NCBI GenBank assembly: GCA_031416315.1
Contig: JANOTL010000031.1
Span: forward strand, 12,816 to 76,815
Direction of reading: 5' to 3'
Length of the DNA stretch: 64,000 nucleotides
DNA from: Pseudomonadota bacterium
Lineage (GTDB): Bacteria; Bdellovibrionota_B; Oligoflexia; Oligoflexales; CAIYRB01
Each line of letters opens with the position of its first letter. The first letter of the stretch is position 1. The translations under genes were made by a program, and so were the position numbers. The notes beneath the pieces were generated by a model. The model saw only the letters and a list, made by a program, of their open reading frames with translations. It searched no databases and had not been told where the DNA came from. This document shows, one piece after another, positions 27,651-36,438 of this stretch.

Positions 27651-28256
27651 ATGAGCGAGCCGACGCTAACGGATGCGGCCCGGCGTGAGCTGGACGATCT
27701 CTTGCAGCAGATCGCTCGGTCGATCGCGCACGAGGCGAACAATCTCCTGTTTATCGAGGAGATTCTGGCGAAGACGCCGAGCGCGGGTCGCGGCGGCGGT
27801 GGCGGAGAGCTGCGGCGCGGGATCGAGCAAATGCGGCAGGACGCGAAACTCATCAGCCACATCCTCGGCAATGTCGGCAAACCCGTCGCGCTCTCGGTCG
27901 GAGCCCTGATCGACCAGGTCGTCTCGGCGCTCGGCAAGCAGTCGAGCTTGCGCGAGGCGATCCTCTGGGACGCTCCGGAGCCCGTCCGCGCGCTGTGCCT
28001 CAGGGAACGCCCAGGTCACGTGCAGATCATCTTGCAAAGGCTTTGCGAGCACAACGCCGTGCGCGCCAGCGGCGACGGCACCCGTTACGGATTTGTCGTC
28101 AGCGCCGACGAAGACGCGATCACGTTCGCGATGCGGCCGTCCGCCGCGGTGCCGCTGCCCCACTCGACGGCGCTCGCGCGCGAGCTCGCTTCGCGAAGCG
28201 GACTCGCGATGCACGAGGACGAGGCTGGGATCCGTCTCATGGCGCCGCTGGCGTAA
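27651..28256 (+). CDS. Sensorless histidine-kinase-like protein (DHp + degenerate CA domain)
   Basis: H-box IAHEANNLL; N-box-like QIILQRLCEHNAVRA; no DxGxG or G2 box. Confidence 0.6.
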   Translation: MSEPTLTDAARRELDDLLQQIARSIAHEANNLLFIEEILAKTPSAGRGGGGGELRRGIEQMRQDAKLISHILGNVGKPVALSVGALIDQVVSALGKQSSLREAILWDAPEPVRALCLRERPGHVQIILQRLCEHNAVRASGDGTRYGFVVSADEDAITFAMRPSAAVPLPHSTALARELASRSGLAMHEDEAGIRLMAPLA

Positions 28257-28272
28257 GCTGCCGCGAAGGTCT

Positions 28273-28926
28273 TCACATGTTGAGGTCGGCGATCCCGGTC
28301 TCGACGGCGAAGCGCGTCAAACCCACCTGGTTGTGGATGTCGAGCTTGGCCATGATGTTCGCCTTGTGGTTGGTCACGGTCCACGTCGAGATCTTCAGGA
28401 TCTCCGAGATCTCTTTGGCGCTGCGCCCTTGGCTTACGTAGTGCAGGACCTCACGCTCGCGGCGCGTCAGCAGGGAAAGACGGGTCTTCACGCCGTCCTT
28501 CTCGCCGCCTTCGAGCGTGACGCGGCCTTGAACCTCCGGCGACAGGTAGCGCTCGCCGCGGACGGCGGCGCGGGCAGCGGCGACGACCTCGGAAAGCGGC
28601 TCGCTCTTCAGCACATAGCCGAGGGCGCCCGATTGGAACGCCTTCTCGATGAAAAGATCGTCGTCGTGCCCGGTGATGAAGACGAACTTCATGCCGGGGC
28701 GCTCAATTAACGCCTTGTCGACGAAGTCAAAGGAAAAGCCGCCCTTCACCTTGACGTCCACGATCGCGATCTCCGGCGACGACTCGCGCATCCGGACGAG
28801 CGCCTCGTCGGAGCCGTCGCAGCGCGCCACGATCTTGAATTCGCCTTGAGCCTCGAGATAGGAGGCGAGGCCGTCGAGGATGACCGGATGATCGTCGAGG
28901 ATCAGGACTCTTATGGCTTCGGTCAT
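28273..28926 (-). CDS. NarL/LuxR-family response regulator
   Basis: DDHPVI, VDVKV, LTRREREVL, ISTWTVTNHKANIMAKL. Confidence 0.93.
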   Translation of the reverse strand: MTEAIRVLILDDHPVILDGLASYLEAQGEFKIVARCDGSDEALVRMRESSPEIAIVDVKVKGGFSFDFVDKALIERPGMKFVFITGHDDDLFIEKAFQSGALGYVLKSEPLSEVVAAARAAVRGERYLSPEVQGRVTLEGGEKDGVKTRLSLLTRREREVLHYVSQGRSAKEISEILKISTWTVTNHKANIMAKLDIHNQVGLTRFAVETGIADLNM

Positions 28927-29008
28927 GACGGCACCCGGCTGGAAATGGGGAGAGTAGGGACTTTACGGCCCACTGTGGCATGAAAAACGTCGGCGCGGCA
29001 AACAAGTT

Positions 29009-30400
29009 TCAGTGACGTGTGGCGCCCGCGAGGATGGTCGAGATGACGAAGGCCATCTCTAGGCTCTGGCTGTAATTGAGGCGAGGGTCGCAAAAAGTCT
29101 CGTAGTTGCGCGAGAGATCGGCTTCGCCCAGGCCTTCCGAGCCGCCGACGCACTCGGTGACGTCCTCACCCGTCAGCTCGAAGTGAACGCCACCCAAGCG
29201 CGACCCGAGCTCCCGATGGACGATGAAGGACCGTCTGAGCTCCGCCAGGATGTGGTCGAAGTCGCGCGTCTTGATACCGCCCTTCGTCTTGACCACGTTG
29301 CCGTGCATAGGGTCGGCGCTCCACAGGAGCGTGCGACCGGACCTGCGGACGGCCTCGATCGCGCGGGGAAGGGCCGCATCGACCTTCTCGTGGCCGAAGC
29401 GCGTGATCAGGGTGATGCGGCCTGGCTCGCGATGGGGGTCAAGGGCGTCGATTAGCTCCAGCATCTCGGCCGGATCGGCCGTGGGGCCCCACTTGACGCC
29501 GATCGGGTTGCCGATGCCCCGGTAATACTCCACGTGCGCGCCGGGGGTCTCGCGGGTGCGATCGCCGATCCACAGCATGTGCGCGCCGAGGTTGTAGTGA
29601 CGGTCGCGCTGGGCGACGAAGCGGGTCATCGCCTCCTCGAAGCCGAGGAGGAGCCCCTCATGCGAGGTGAAGAAGTCGATGGTGCCGAGCGACTCCTCGC
29701 GCACGCCGCCGAGCGAGCCCATGAAGGCGATGGCGTCCTGAATCGATGTGACGACCTGCTCGTAGCGAGCGCGTTGGGCGCTCTTGCCGACGAATGAGAG
29801 GTTCCAGTTCTCCGGATGGTGCAGGTCGGCAAAACCGCCGGTAATCATGGCGCGCACATAGTTCAAGGTCATCGACGCCGTGTGGTAGCCGGTGAGGAGG
29901 CGGCGCGGATCCGGCCTGCGGTGGACGGGGTCGGGGTCGAAGGAGTTGATGTTGTCGCCGCGGAAGACCGGCAGCTCCTGGCCGTCGACGAGCTCGGTGT
30001 CCACCGAGCGGGGCTTCGCGTACTGGCCCGCGATGCGTCCGACGCGGACGACGGGCTGACGCGCGCCGTAGCAAAGCACGACCGACATCTGGAGAAGGAT
30101 CTTGATCTTGCTCGTGATGGCGTCCGGAGTGCAGTCCTGGAAGCGCTCGGCGCAGTCGCCGCCCTGCAGGAGAAAGCGCTTGCCCGCGGCGGCCTCGGCC
30201 AGCTGGCGCTTCAAGTTCTCGACTTCACCGACGAAGACGAGTGGCGGATAGGCCTTCATCTGCGCGAGAACCTCGGTCAGGGCCCGAGGATCGTCGTAGC
30301 TCGGCTGCTGCTTAATCGGAAAGGAGCGCCAGGAGGTCGGAGACCAGGGAAGGACGGGAGGGACGAGGGTCAAAGGAGATCGCCTTTCACGCGTAGCCAA
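29009..30400 (-). CDS. Class II DAHP synthase
   Basis: LQGGDCAE, RIAGQYAKPRS, FTSHEGL, WIGDRTR, DPMHGN, CDPRLN. Confidence 0.95.
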   Translation of the reverse strand: MATRERRSPLTLVPPVLPWSPTSWRSFPIKQQPSYDDPRALTEVLAQMKAYPPLVFVGEVENLKRQLAEAAAGKRFLLQGGDCAERFQDCTPDAITSKIKILLQMSVVLCYGARQPVVRVGRIAGQYAKPRSVDTELVDGQELPVFRGDNINSFDPDPVHRRPDPRRLLTGYHTASMTLNYVRAMITGGFADLHHPENWNLSFVGKSAQRARYEQVVTSIQDAIAFMGSLGGVREESLGTIDFFTSHEGLLLGFEEAMTRFVAQRDRHYNLGAHMLWIGDRTRETPGAHVEYYRGIGNPIGVKWGPTADPAEMLELIDALDPHREPGRITLITRFGHEKVDAALPRAIEAVRRSGRTLLWSADPMHGNVVKTKGGIKTRDFDHILAELRRSFIVHRELGSRLGGVHFELTGEDVTECVGGSEGLGEADLSRNYETFCDPRLNYSQSLEMAFVISTILAGATRH

Positions 30401-30450
30401 AACCGCGTAACCTAAGCGTTATACACTCGCTGTCCGGGGAAGGCAAAGGC

Positions 30451-31311
30451 GTGAAAGCGGCCCATCTGCTATCGAATCTAGGCCTTCTGGGCTTCGCCCT
30501 CGCGTCGGTCGTCTTCCTCGTCGCCCAGCAGGTCGGCGAGCGCGGGGCGCCCGAGTCGGGTCGGCGAGAAGGGCCGTACGCGGCCGTAGCCTTAGGGCTT
30601 TTCGTCGCCGCGAGCCTCGCCGTGACCGGCGCCCTCGCGGCTGGTTTCCGCGAAGTCGGCTTCGCCGACGTCACGTCCCTCCTCCTCGCGGGGTCGATCG
30701 GCTGGCTCGCGATCCTGGCGCACACGGTCTTCAAGATGCGGCTGATCGGCGCCTTCGTCGCGCCGCTGTCGACCTTGATCCTCCTGATCCGCTGGTTCGT
30801 CGCCCCGGCGCGCATGACCGCGGTCCCGGAGGCGAAGACGAACGTCCTCCTCGCGATGCACGTGATTCCCGCCGTGCTCGGACAGGCGTTCGCCATCATC
30901 GCCTGCGCGGTCTCGGTCGTCTTCCTGTGGCAGCAGTCGCTGCTGAAGAAGAAGCTCCTCGATCAGATCCCGAAGAACATTCCGGCGATCGACAAGCTCG
31001 AGCGGATTCTGATGCTGTCGCTTTGGTGCGGCTTCCTCTTCATCACCATCGGCCTCCTCTCCGGCGCGCTCTATGCGCAGCTCAACGCGCCGGCGCTCGG
31101 CTTTGCCTTGCAGCTGAAGGCGATCTGGGCGACGGGCGTTTGGCTCTGGTATCTGGTGACCCTGCTCGCGCGCAACGCCTTCAACTGGCCATCGAAGCGG
31201 GTGGCGCAGATGAGCCTCGGCGGCTTCGTCCTGCTCGCGATCACGTATTTCGGCATGGGCTTCTTCACGGCGGTGGCGGACGTCGCCACAGGAGGCGCCC
31301 TCGGGCCATGA
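30451..31311 (+). CDS. ccsA: Cytochrome c assembly protein (CcsA/HemX-like)
   Basis: Multi-TM; HV..AVLG, LKKK...P..DKLE, GLLSGA; directly upstream of hemA. Confidence 0.8.
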   Translation: MKAAHLLSNLGLLGFALASVVFLVAQQVGERGAPESGRREGPYAAVALGLFVAASLAVTGALAAGFREVGFADVTSLLLAGSIGWLAILAHTVFKMRLIGAFVAPLSTLILLIRWFVAPARMTAVPEAKTNVLLAMHVIPAVLGQAFAIIACAVSVVFLWQQSLLKKKLLDQIPKNIPAIDKLERILMLSLWCGFLFITIGLLSGALYAQLNAPALGFALQLKAIWATGVWLWYLVTLLARNAFNWPSKRVAQMSLGGFVLLAITYFGMGFFTAVADVATGGALGP

Positions 31312-32636
31312 CGGAGCGCGCGCCCGGCCAGCCGATGATCTTCCTTCTCGGCACGAGCCATCGCTCGGCGCCGGTCGAGCTGCGCGAGCGGCTTTACGCG
31401 CTGGAAGACGAGCTCACGCTGATCCTGCCGACGATCCGCGACCGCTTCGGGCTGCACGAGGTCGCGGCGCTGTCGACGTGCAACCGGTTCGAGCTCTACG
31501 GCGTGGTCGAGGGCCGGCACGAGCTGGCGCATCACCTGACCGAGGCCTACCTAGAGCTTCACAAGGCGCGCTCTACCTCGGCCGGCTTGCCCGAGGACGA
31601 GGTCAGGCGGGCCTTGTATCTGCATTTGGACGAGGACGCCGCACGCCACGTATACCGCGTCGCGTCGAGCCTGGACTCGCTCGTCCTGGGCGAGACGCAG
31701 ATTACCGGGCAATTCAAGGACGCGATGGCCCTGGCGCAACGCGTGAAGACGATGGGTCCCATGCTCTCGAGGCTAACCCAGGACGCCCTCGCGACGGCGA
31801 AGAAGGTGCGGACGCAGACGGCGATCGGCAAGAAGAACGTCAGCATCAGCCACGCGGCGATCGAGCTGGCGCAACGCGTCTTCGGCGAGCTGGGGAAGCA
31901 CGCGTTCCTGATCGTCGGCGCCGGCGAGATGGCCAACGTCGCCGCGAAATACATCATGTCCTATAAGCCGAAGGCGCTCTATGTCGCCAATCGGACGGTG
32001 GAGAAGGCACGCGAGCTGGTGCGCGAAGTGGGCTTCGGCGAGGCGACCTCGATCGACGAGCTGCCGGAGCTATTGACGCGGGCAGACATCGTGCTGAGCT
32101 CGACGGCATCGCCGACCGAAGTCATCAGCGCCGACATGGTGCGGCGCGCGAAGGCTTCGCGCCGCGGAAGGCCCATGATCCTCCTCGACATCGCCATGCC
32201 GCGCGACATCGACCCTGAATGCGGCAAGCTCGAGGACGTCTACCTCTTCGACATCGACGACCTGAAGCAAGTGGTCGGACAGAACTACGAGGAGCGCCGC
32301 AAGGCGGCCGAGGAGGCCGAGGTTTTGATCGAGCGCGGGCTCGTCGACTTCGCCGCCTGGCGCCGGACGCTTGCGGTGAAGCCGGCCCTCGCCGGGTTCC
32401 GGGGCTACCTCGACCAGCTGATCGAGAAGGAAGCGCAAAAGACCCTCGGCAAGGACGCGTTCAAGGAGCTAACGCCTAAGCAGCGGGAGGCCCTCGCGGC
32501 GCTTTTCGCCGCCGTGTCCGCACGGATCTCGGGCGACGCCAGCCAGCGCGTCCTGAATCCACCCGAGGGATATTTCCAAGAGCAGCTCGCCGACGCCCTG
32601 CAGGCGCTGTTCCCCGGCAAAAGGGATCCGGAATGA
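31308..32636 (+). CDS. hemA: Glutamyl-tRNA reductase
   Basis: HRSAPVELRE, STCNRFE, SLDSLVLGETQI, GAGEM, DIAMPRDI. Confidence 0.96.
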   Translation: MTERAPGQPMIFLLGTSHRSAPVELRERLYALEDELTLILPTIRDRFGLHEVAALSTCNRFELYGVVEGRHELAHHLTEAYLELHKARSTSAGLPEDEVRRALYLHLDEDAARHVYRVASSLDSLVLGETQITGQFKDAMALAQRVKTMGPMLSRLTQDALATAKKVRTQTAIGKKNVSISHAAIELAQRVFGELGKHAFLIVGAGEMANVAAKYIMSYKPKALYVANRTVEKARELVREVGFGEATSIDELPELLTRADIVLSSTASPTEVISADMVRRAKASRRGRPMILLDIAMPRDIDPECGKLEDVYLFDIDDLKQVVGQNYEERRKAAEEAEVLIERGLVDFAAWRRTLAVKPALAGFRGYLDQLIEKEAQKTLGKDAFKELTPKQREALAALFAAVSARISGDASQRVLNPPEGYFQEQLADALQALFPGKRDPE

Positions 32637-33622
32637 CGAAGATCGTGATTGCGACGCGCGGCAGCATGCTGGCCCTCTGGCAGGCCGACTACGTGACCGG
32701 CCTTTTGACGGCGCGGGGACACGAGTGCGAGAAGCTCGTGGTGAAGACGACGGCCGACCGCGTGCAGGACCGCTTCCTCCACGAGATGGGCGGCAAAGGC
32801 CTCTTCGTGAGGGAGCTGGAAGAGGCGCTGGCCGACGGCCGCGCGCAGATCGCCGTGCATAGCCTGAAGGACATGACGGCGAACCTCGAGCCGCGCTTCG
32901 TTCTCGGCGCGGTCTTGCTGCGCCACGCGCCGACCGACGTGATGATTTTCCAGAGCGCGGTGGCGAAACGGCTCGGCGTCGAGGCGTTGCCGCAGGAGCT
33001 CACCGCCGCGGCCGTGGGGCAGTTCGGCGCCCTGAAGATCGGCACCGGCAGCCTGAGGCGGCAGGCGATCCTGAAAAAGGCGATGCCGCTGGCGACGACG
33101 GTCGGGATTCGCGGCAACGTCGACACGCGGCTTCGCAAGCTCGAGGCCGGGGAATGGGATGCCATCATCCTGGCGGAGGCCTCGCTCGACCGCCTGGGAA
33201 TTCGCAACGTACCGTACCGGCGCTTGGCGGCGGACTGGTTCATACCTTGCGCGTCGCAGGGCGCGCTCGCAATCGAATGCTTGGCGGAAGGTCCGGCGCG
33301 GGATTGGCTTTCACCCTTGGCTTCGGCGGAGACGACGCGCGCCATCGAGGTCGAGCGCGGGCTCCTGGCACGGCTCGGCGGCGACTGCAACCTGCCGTTC
33401 GGATGCCTGGTCGCGCGCGACGCGAAAGACCGCGAGACGATGGTCGGGCGCGCCGCCGTCTGGAATCCAAAGGGGGAGAAGGCGGAGTTCGTCGTGAAAA
33501 TGTCGGTTGCGAGCTTCGCGCCTCAGGCAATGCTCGATCAGCTCGCGGCGGGGCTCAAGCACAACGGCGTCGCGCGCATCCTCGCCGACCTCGGGCTCAC
33601 CGTGCCGGCGGCGTTCGCGTGA
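32633..33622 (+). CDS. hemC: Hydroxymethylbilane synthase
   Basis: TRGSMLALWQA, GKGLF, AVHSLKD, GSLRR, RGNVDTRL, GGDC. Confidence 0.96.
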   Translation: MTKIVIATRGSMLALWQADYVTGLLTARGHECEKLVVKTTADRVQDRFLHEMGGKGLFVRELEEALADGRAQIAVHSLKDMTANLEPRFVLGAVLLRHAPTDVMIFQSAVAKRLGVEALPQELTAAAVGQFGALKIGTGSLRRQAILKKAMPLATTVGIRGNVDTRLRKLEAGEWDAIILAEASLDRLGIRNVPYRRLAADWFIPCASQGALAIECLAEGPARDWLSPLASAETTRAIEVERGLLARLGGDCNLPFGCLVARDAKDRETMVGRAAVWNPKGEKAEFVVKMSVASFAPQAMLDQLAAGLKHNGVARILADLGLTVPAAFA

Positions 33623-34377
33623 GCGTCGAGCGGCTGGTGATCTGGACGCGCAGCCGCGCCGACTGGGACGAGGATCGAGCGCTCTTGGCGCGACTTGGCC
33701 TAACGGGCAGCTCGGTGCTGCACGTCCCGTGCGTCGCCCTGGCGGCGGTGCCCGTCGGTCCGATTGGTTATGGTGAGTATTCGGACTGGGTGCTCACGAG
33801 CGCGCACGCGGTCGAGTTCTTTGCGGCCGATCCCGAGCGGCTCGGAGCGCTGCGCGCCGCGCCTCGGGTTCACACCTTCGGCGAGGCGACGACGGCGGCG
33901 CTGAGGAAACTCGGCGCGCACGTCGAGGCGCACGAGGGGCTGCGAACGGCGGAGGAGCTGACGGCGCGCCTGGCCCTGAGCTTGCCTGAGACGGCAAAGG
34001 TCGTGGTGCCGGGGGCGCGTGAGCCGGCGTTCGACGTAGCGGGAGCCTTGAAAGCCGGGGGCCGGAAAGCCGAGGCGGTGGCGTGCTACGCGACCGTGAC
34101 CGGCGCAAAACGTAGCGACGGCAGCGCGTTTTCGGCGGCGCACGCGAAAATACTGCCAGAAACCTGGAGCGGGGTCGCGTGCTTCGCGAGCCCGTCGGCG
34201 GTGCGGGGATTCACCGCGGTCTTCGCTGCGACGCCGCGGTTGGTCGCCTTGGCGCTCGGGCCGTCGACGGCGGCCGCGGCGCGCCGCCACGCGTTCGCGT
34301 CGGTGCAGGTTGCGCCGGAGAACACGCTCGAAAGCATGGCTAAAACCGCGGCAGCGCTCGGCGCGGGTGACGCGTAA
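33619..34377 (+). CDS. hemD: Uroporphyrinogen-III synthase
   Basis: TSAHAV, GEATTAAL, CYAT, FASPSAVRGF, LGPSTA; follows hemC. Confidence 0.88.
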   Translation: MSVERLVIWTRSRADWDEDRALLARLGLTGSSVLHVPCVALAAVPVGPIGYGEYSDWVLTSAHAVEFFAADPERLGALRAAPRVHTFGEATTAALRKLGAHVEAHEGLRTAEELTARLALSLPETAKVVVPGAREPAFDVAGALKAGGRKAEAVACYATVTGAKRSDGSAFSAAHAKILPETWSGVACFASPSAVRGFTAVFAATPRLVALALGPSTAAAARRHAFASVQVAPENTLESMAKTAAALGAGDA

Positions 34378-34412
34378 CCAGGGCTGGCTCGACAGGGCCC
34401 CGCCTGGGTGGG

Positions 34413-35009
34413 CTACTTCGCCGCGCAGTCGAAAGCGGGCGCGTCGCCTTGGTCGCCGTCCACCGTGGCGCGCGCCGAGTCGTTGGAGACGTCGATCTTC
34501 AAGCCGCGAACCGGCACCGAGAAGATCGCCTTGCGCACGGTGACGCCGCGCATTGCGCAAATTTCCAGGGCGTGCTCGCCGCGCATCACGTAGTCGAAAG
34601 ACACCGTGCCTTGCAGGATGATCTTCGGATTCCGGATGATCCCCATGACGACGTTGGTCATCGCTTCCATCGCCTCGCCCGAGCCCGCGGCGGAGCAGAG
34701 TCCGGCGGCGCAGGTCACGGCGAGGCCGTCCGGCCAACCGGCTTTGACGCGCTCGCGCTCGGTCTCGGGCATCGGCACGCCGGTGAGCATTTCTTCGATG
34801 CCGAAACGGCCGCGATCCGCGTCGGGCGCCGCGAGCGCTCCGGCGTGGGCGACGAACGCCGCCATCGAGGCGCGATCGAGATTCTCCGGCGCAATCTCGT
34901 AAAGGGCTTTGGGCGCCGAGGGCGCGACGGGTGCGGCGCCGCCACAGGCGCTGAGGGCGAGAGCGAGCGTACCGAGGCCGCAGAGCGGCGCGAAGGAACG
35001 AGAGCGCAT
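34413..35009 (-). CDS. Hypothetical lipoprotein
   Basis: LSA-C lipobox; GAGG RBS; paired Cys. Confidence 0.7.
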   Translation of the reverse strand: MRSRSFAPLCGLGTLALALSACGGAAPVAPSAPKALYEIAPENLDRASMAAFVAHAGALAAPDADRGRFGIEEMLTGVPMPETERERVKAGWPDGLAVTCAAGLCSAAGSGEAMEAMTNVVMGIIRNPKIILQGTVSFDYVMRGEHALEICAMRGVTVRKAIFSVPVRGLKIDVSNDSARATVDGDQGDAPAFDCAAK

Positions 35010-35030
35010 AGAAACCTCGTGTTGGGCTTG

Positions 35031-35060
35031 GATGAAAGCCTGATGAAAGCGACGTGAAAC
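35031..35060. promoter_or_regulatory. Tandem 11-bp-period direct repeat (OmpR/PhoB-type site candidate)
   Basis: GATGAAAGC at 35031 and 35042; TGAAA again at 35055; divergent intergenic region. Confidence 0.5.
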
Positions 35061-35131
35061 TGGGAGTTCCGTCCAAATACATGCCTCGGTCGCGACAGAT
35101 TTGCTATCGTGGAATTCTCGGGAGATTCGCG

Positions 35132-35767
35132 ATGAAGCTCAGGCCGGTGCTCTTTCGCTGCATCGTCACACTAGGGACGCTTTTTGCTGCAGGAGCGGCG
35201 TCCGCCAAGGATTTGAAGGTGCTGTGCCTCGGCGACTCCTTGACCGAGGGACTTGGCGTGGCGCCCGACGACGCCTGGCCGTCAGTGCTCGAGAAGGAGC
35301 TGCGCGCTGGCGCTTTTCCGGGCATCAAGCTGATCAATGCCGGCATCAGCGGCGCGACCGCGGCCTCGGGTCCTGGCCGTTTGAAATGGCACCTGAAGGG
35401 CGAGGGCAAGCCGGACGTCCTGATCCTCGAGCTCGGCGCGAACGACGGCCTGCGCGGGCAGGACGTCGCGGCGATGAAGAAGGCGCTGCAGGAGGCGATC
35501 CGCGCCGCGAAGGCCGCGAGCGTCAAGGTGCTTTTGGCCGGCATGATGGTGCCGACCAACTACGGCAAAGAGTATGCGTTACGCTTCGAAAAGACGTTCA
35601 CGGACCTGGCGAAGGAAGAAGGCGTCGCCCTCATCCCTTTCTTCCTCGAAGGCGTCGCCGCCGATCCGAAGCTGAATCAGGCCGATGGCATCCACCCGAA
35701 CGCGTCCGGCCACAAGATCGTCGCGACCACCGTGAAAAAACACCTGGAGCCCTTGCTCACACCATGA
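35132..35767 (+). CDS. tesA: SGNH/GDSL arylesterase
   Basis: GDSL, NAGISG, ELGANDGLRG, DGIHP. Confidence 0.92.
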   Translation: MKLRPVLFRCIVTLGTLFAAGAASAKDLKVLCLGDSLTEGLGVAPDDAWPSVLEKELRAGAFPGIKLINAGISGATAASGPGRLKWHLKGEGKPDVLILELGANDGLRGQDVAAMKKALQEAIRAAKAASVKVLLAGMMVPTNYGKEYALRFEKTFTDLAKEEGVALIPFFLEGVAADPKLNQADGIHPNASGHKIVATTVKKHLEPLLTP

Positions 35768-36438
35768 CCCACGCCGACGCCGTACTCAGCCTCTCAGGCG
35801 TGCGCAAGAGCTATCCGCATCCCGCCGGCGAAGTCGAGGTCCTGCGTGGCGTCGATGCGCGCTTCGACCGGGGCGAGACCGTCGCCATCATCGGGCCTTC
35901 GGGCAGCGGCAAATCGACCCTGCTGTCGCTCTTGGCCGGCCTCGACAAACCCTCGGGCGGCGCCATCCATTTTCTCGGCCGCGAGATCTCGCAGCTCTCC
36001 GAGCGCGACTTGACCGTTTGGCGCGCCGAGAACCTCGGTATCGTCTTCCAGCAGTTTCACCTGATGGCGCACCTGACCGCGGCCGAGAACGCCGCGTTGC
36101 CCCTCGACGTGCGCGGCGACCGGAGCGCGCGCGCAGCGGCAGCGCAAGCTTTGACCGACGTCGGCCTGGGGCATAGGCAGGATCACTACCCGCACGAAAT
36201 GAGCGGCGGCGAGTGTCAACGCGTGGCGATCGCGCGCGCCCTCGTCGTAAAGCCGCGCCTCCTGCTCGCCGACGAGCCGAGCGGCAACTTGGATACGAAA
36301 ACGGGCGAGCACGTGATGGACCTGCTCTTCGATCTGGCGAAGCAAAAGCAGACCACGCTCATCTTGGTGACCCACAACGAACTCCTCGCCGCGCGTTGTG
36401 ACCGCCGGCTTGCCTTGAGCGAAGGACGGCTCGTCTGA
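35764..36438 (+). CDS. ABC transporter ATP-binding protein (YbbA-like)
   Basis: GPSGSGKS, MSGGE, LADEPSGNLD, VTH. Confidence 0.93.
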   Translation: MTHADAVLSLSGVRKSYPHPAGEVEVLRGVDARFDRGETVAIIGPSGSGKSTLLSLLAGLDKPSGGAIHFLGREISQLSERDLTVWRAENLGIVFQQFHLMAHLTAAENAALPLDVRGDRSARAAAAQALTDVGLGHRQDHYPHEMSGGECQRVAIARALVVKPRLLLADEPSGNLDTKTGEHVMDLLFDLAKQKQTTLILVTHNELLAARCDRRLALSEGRLV

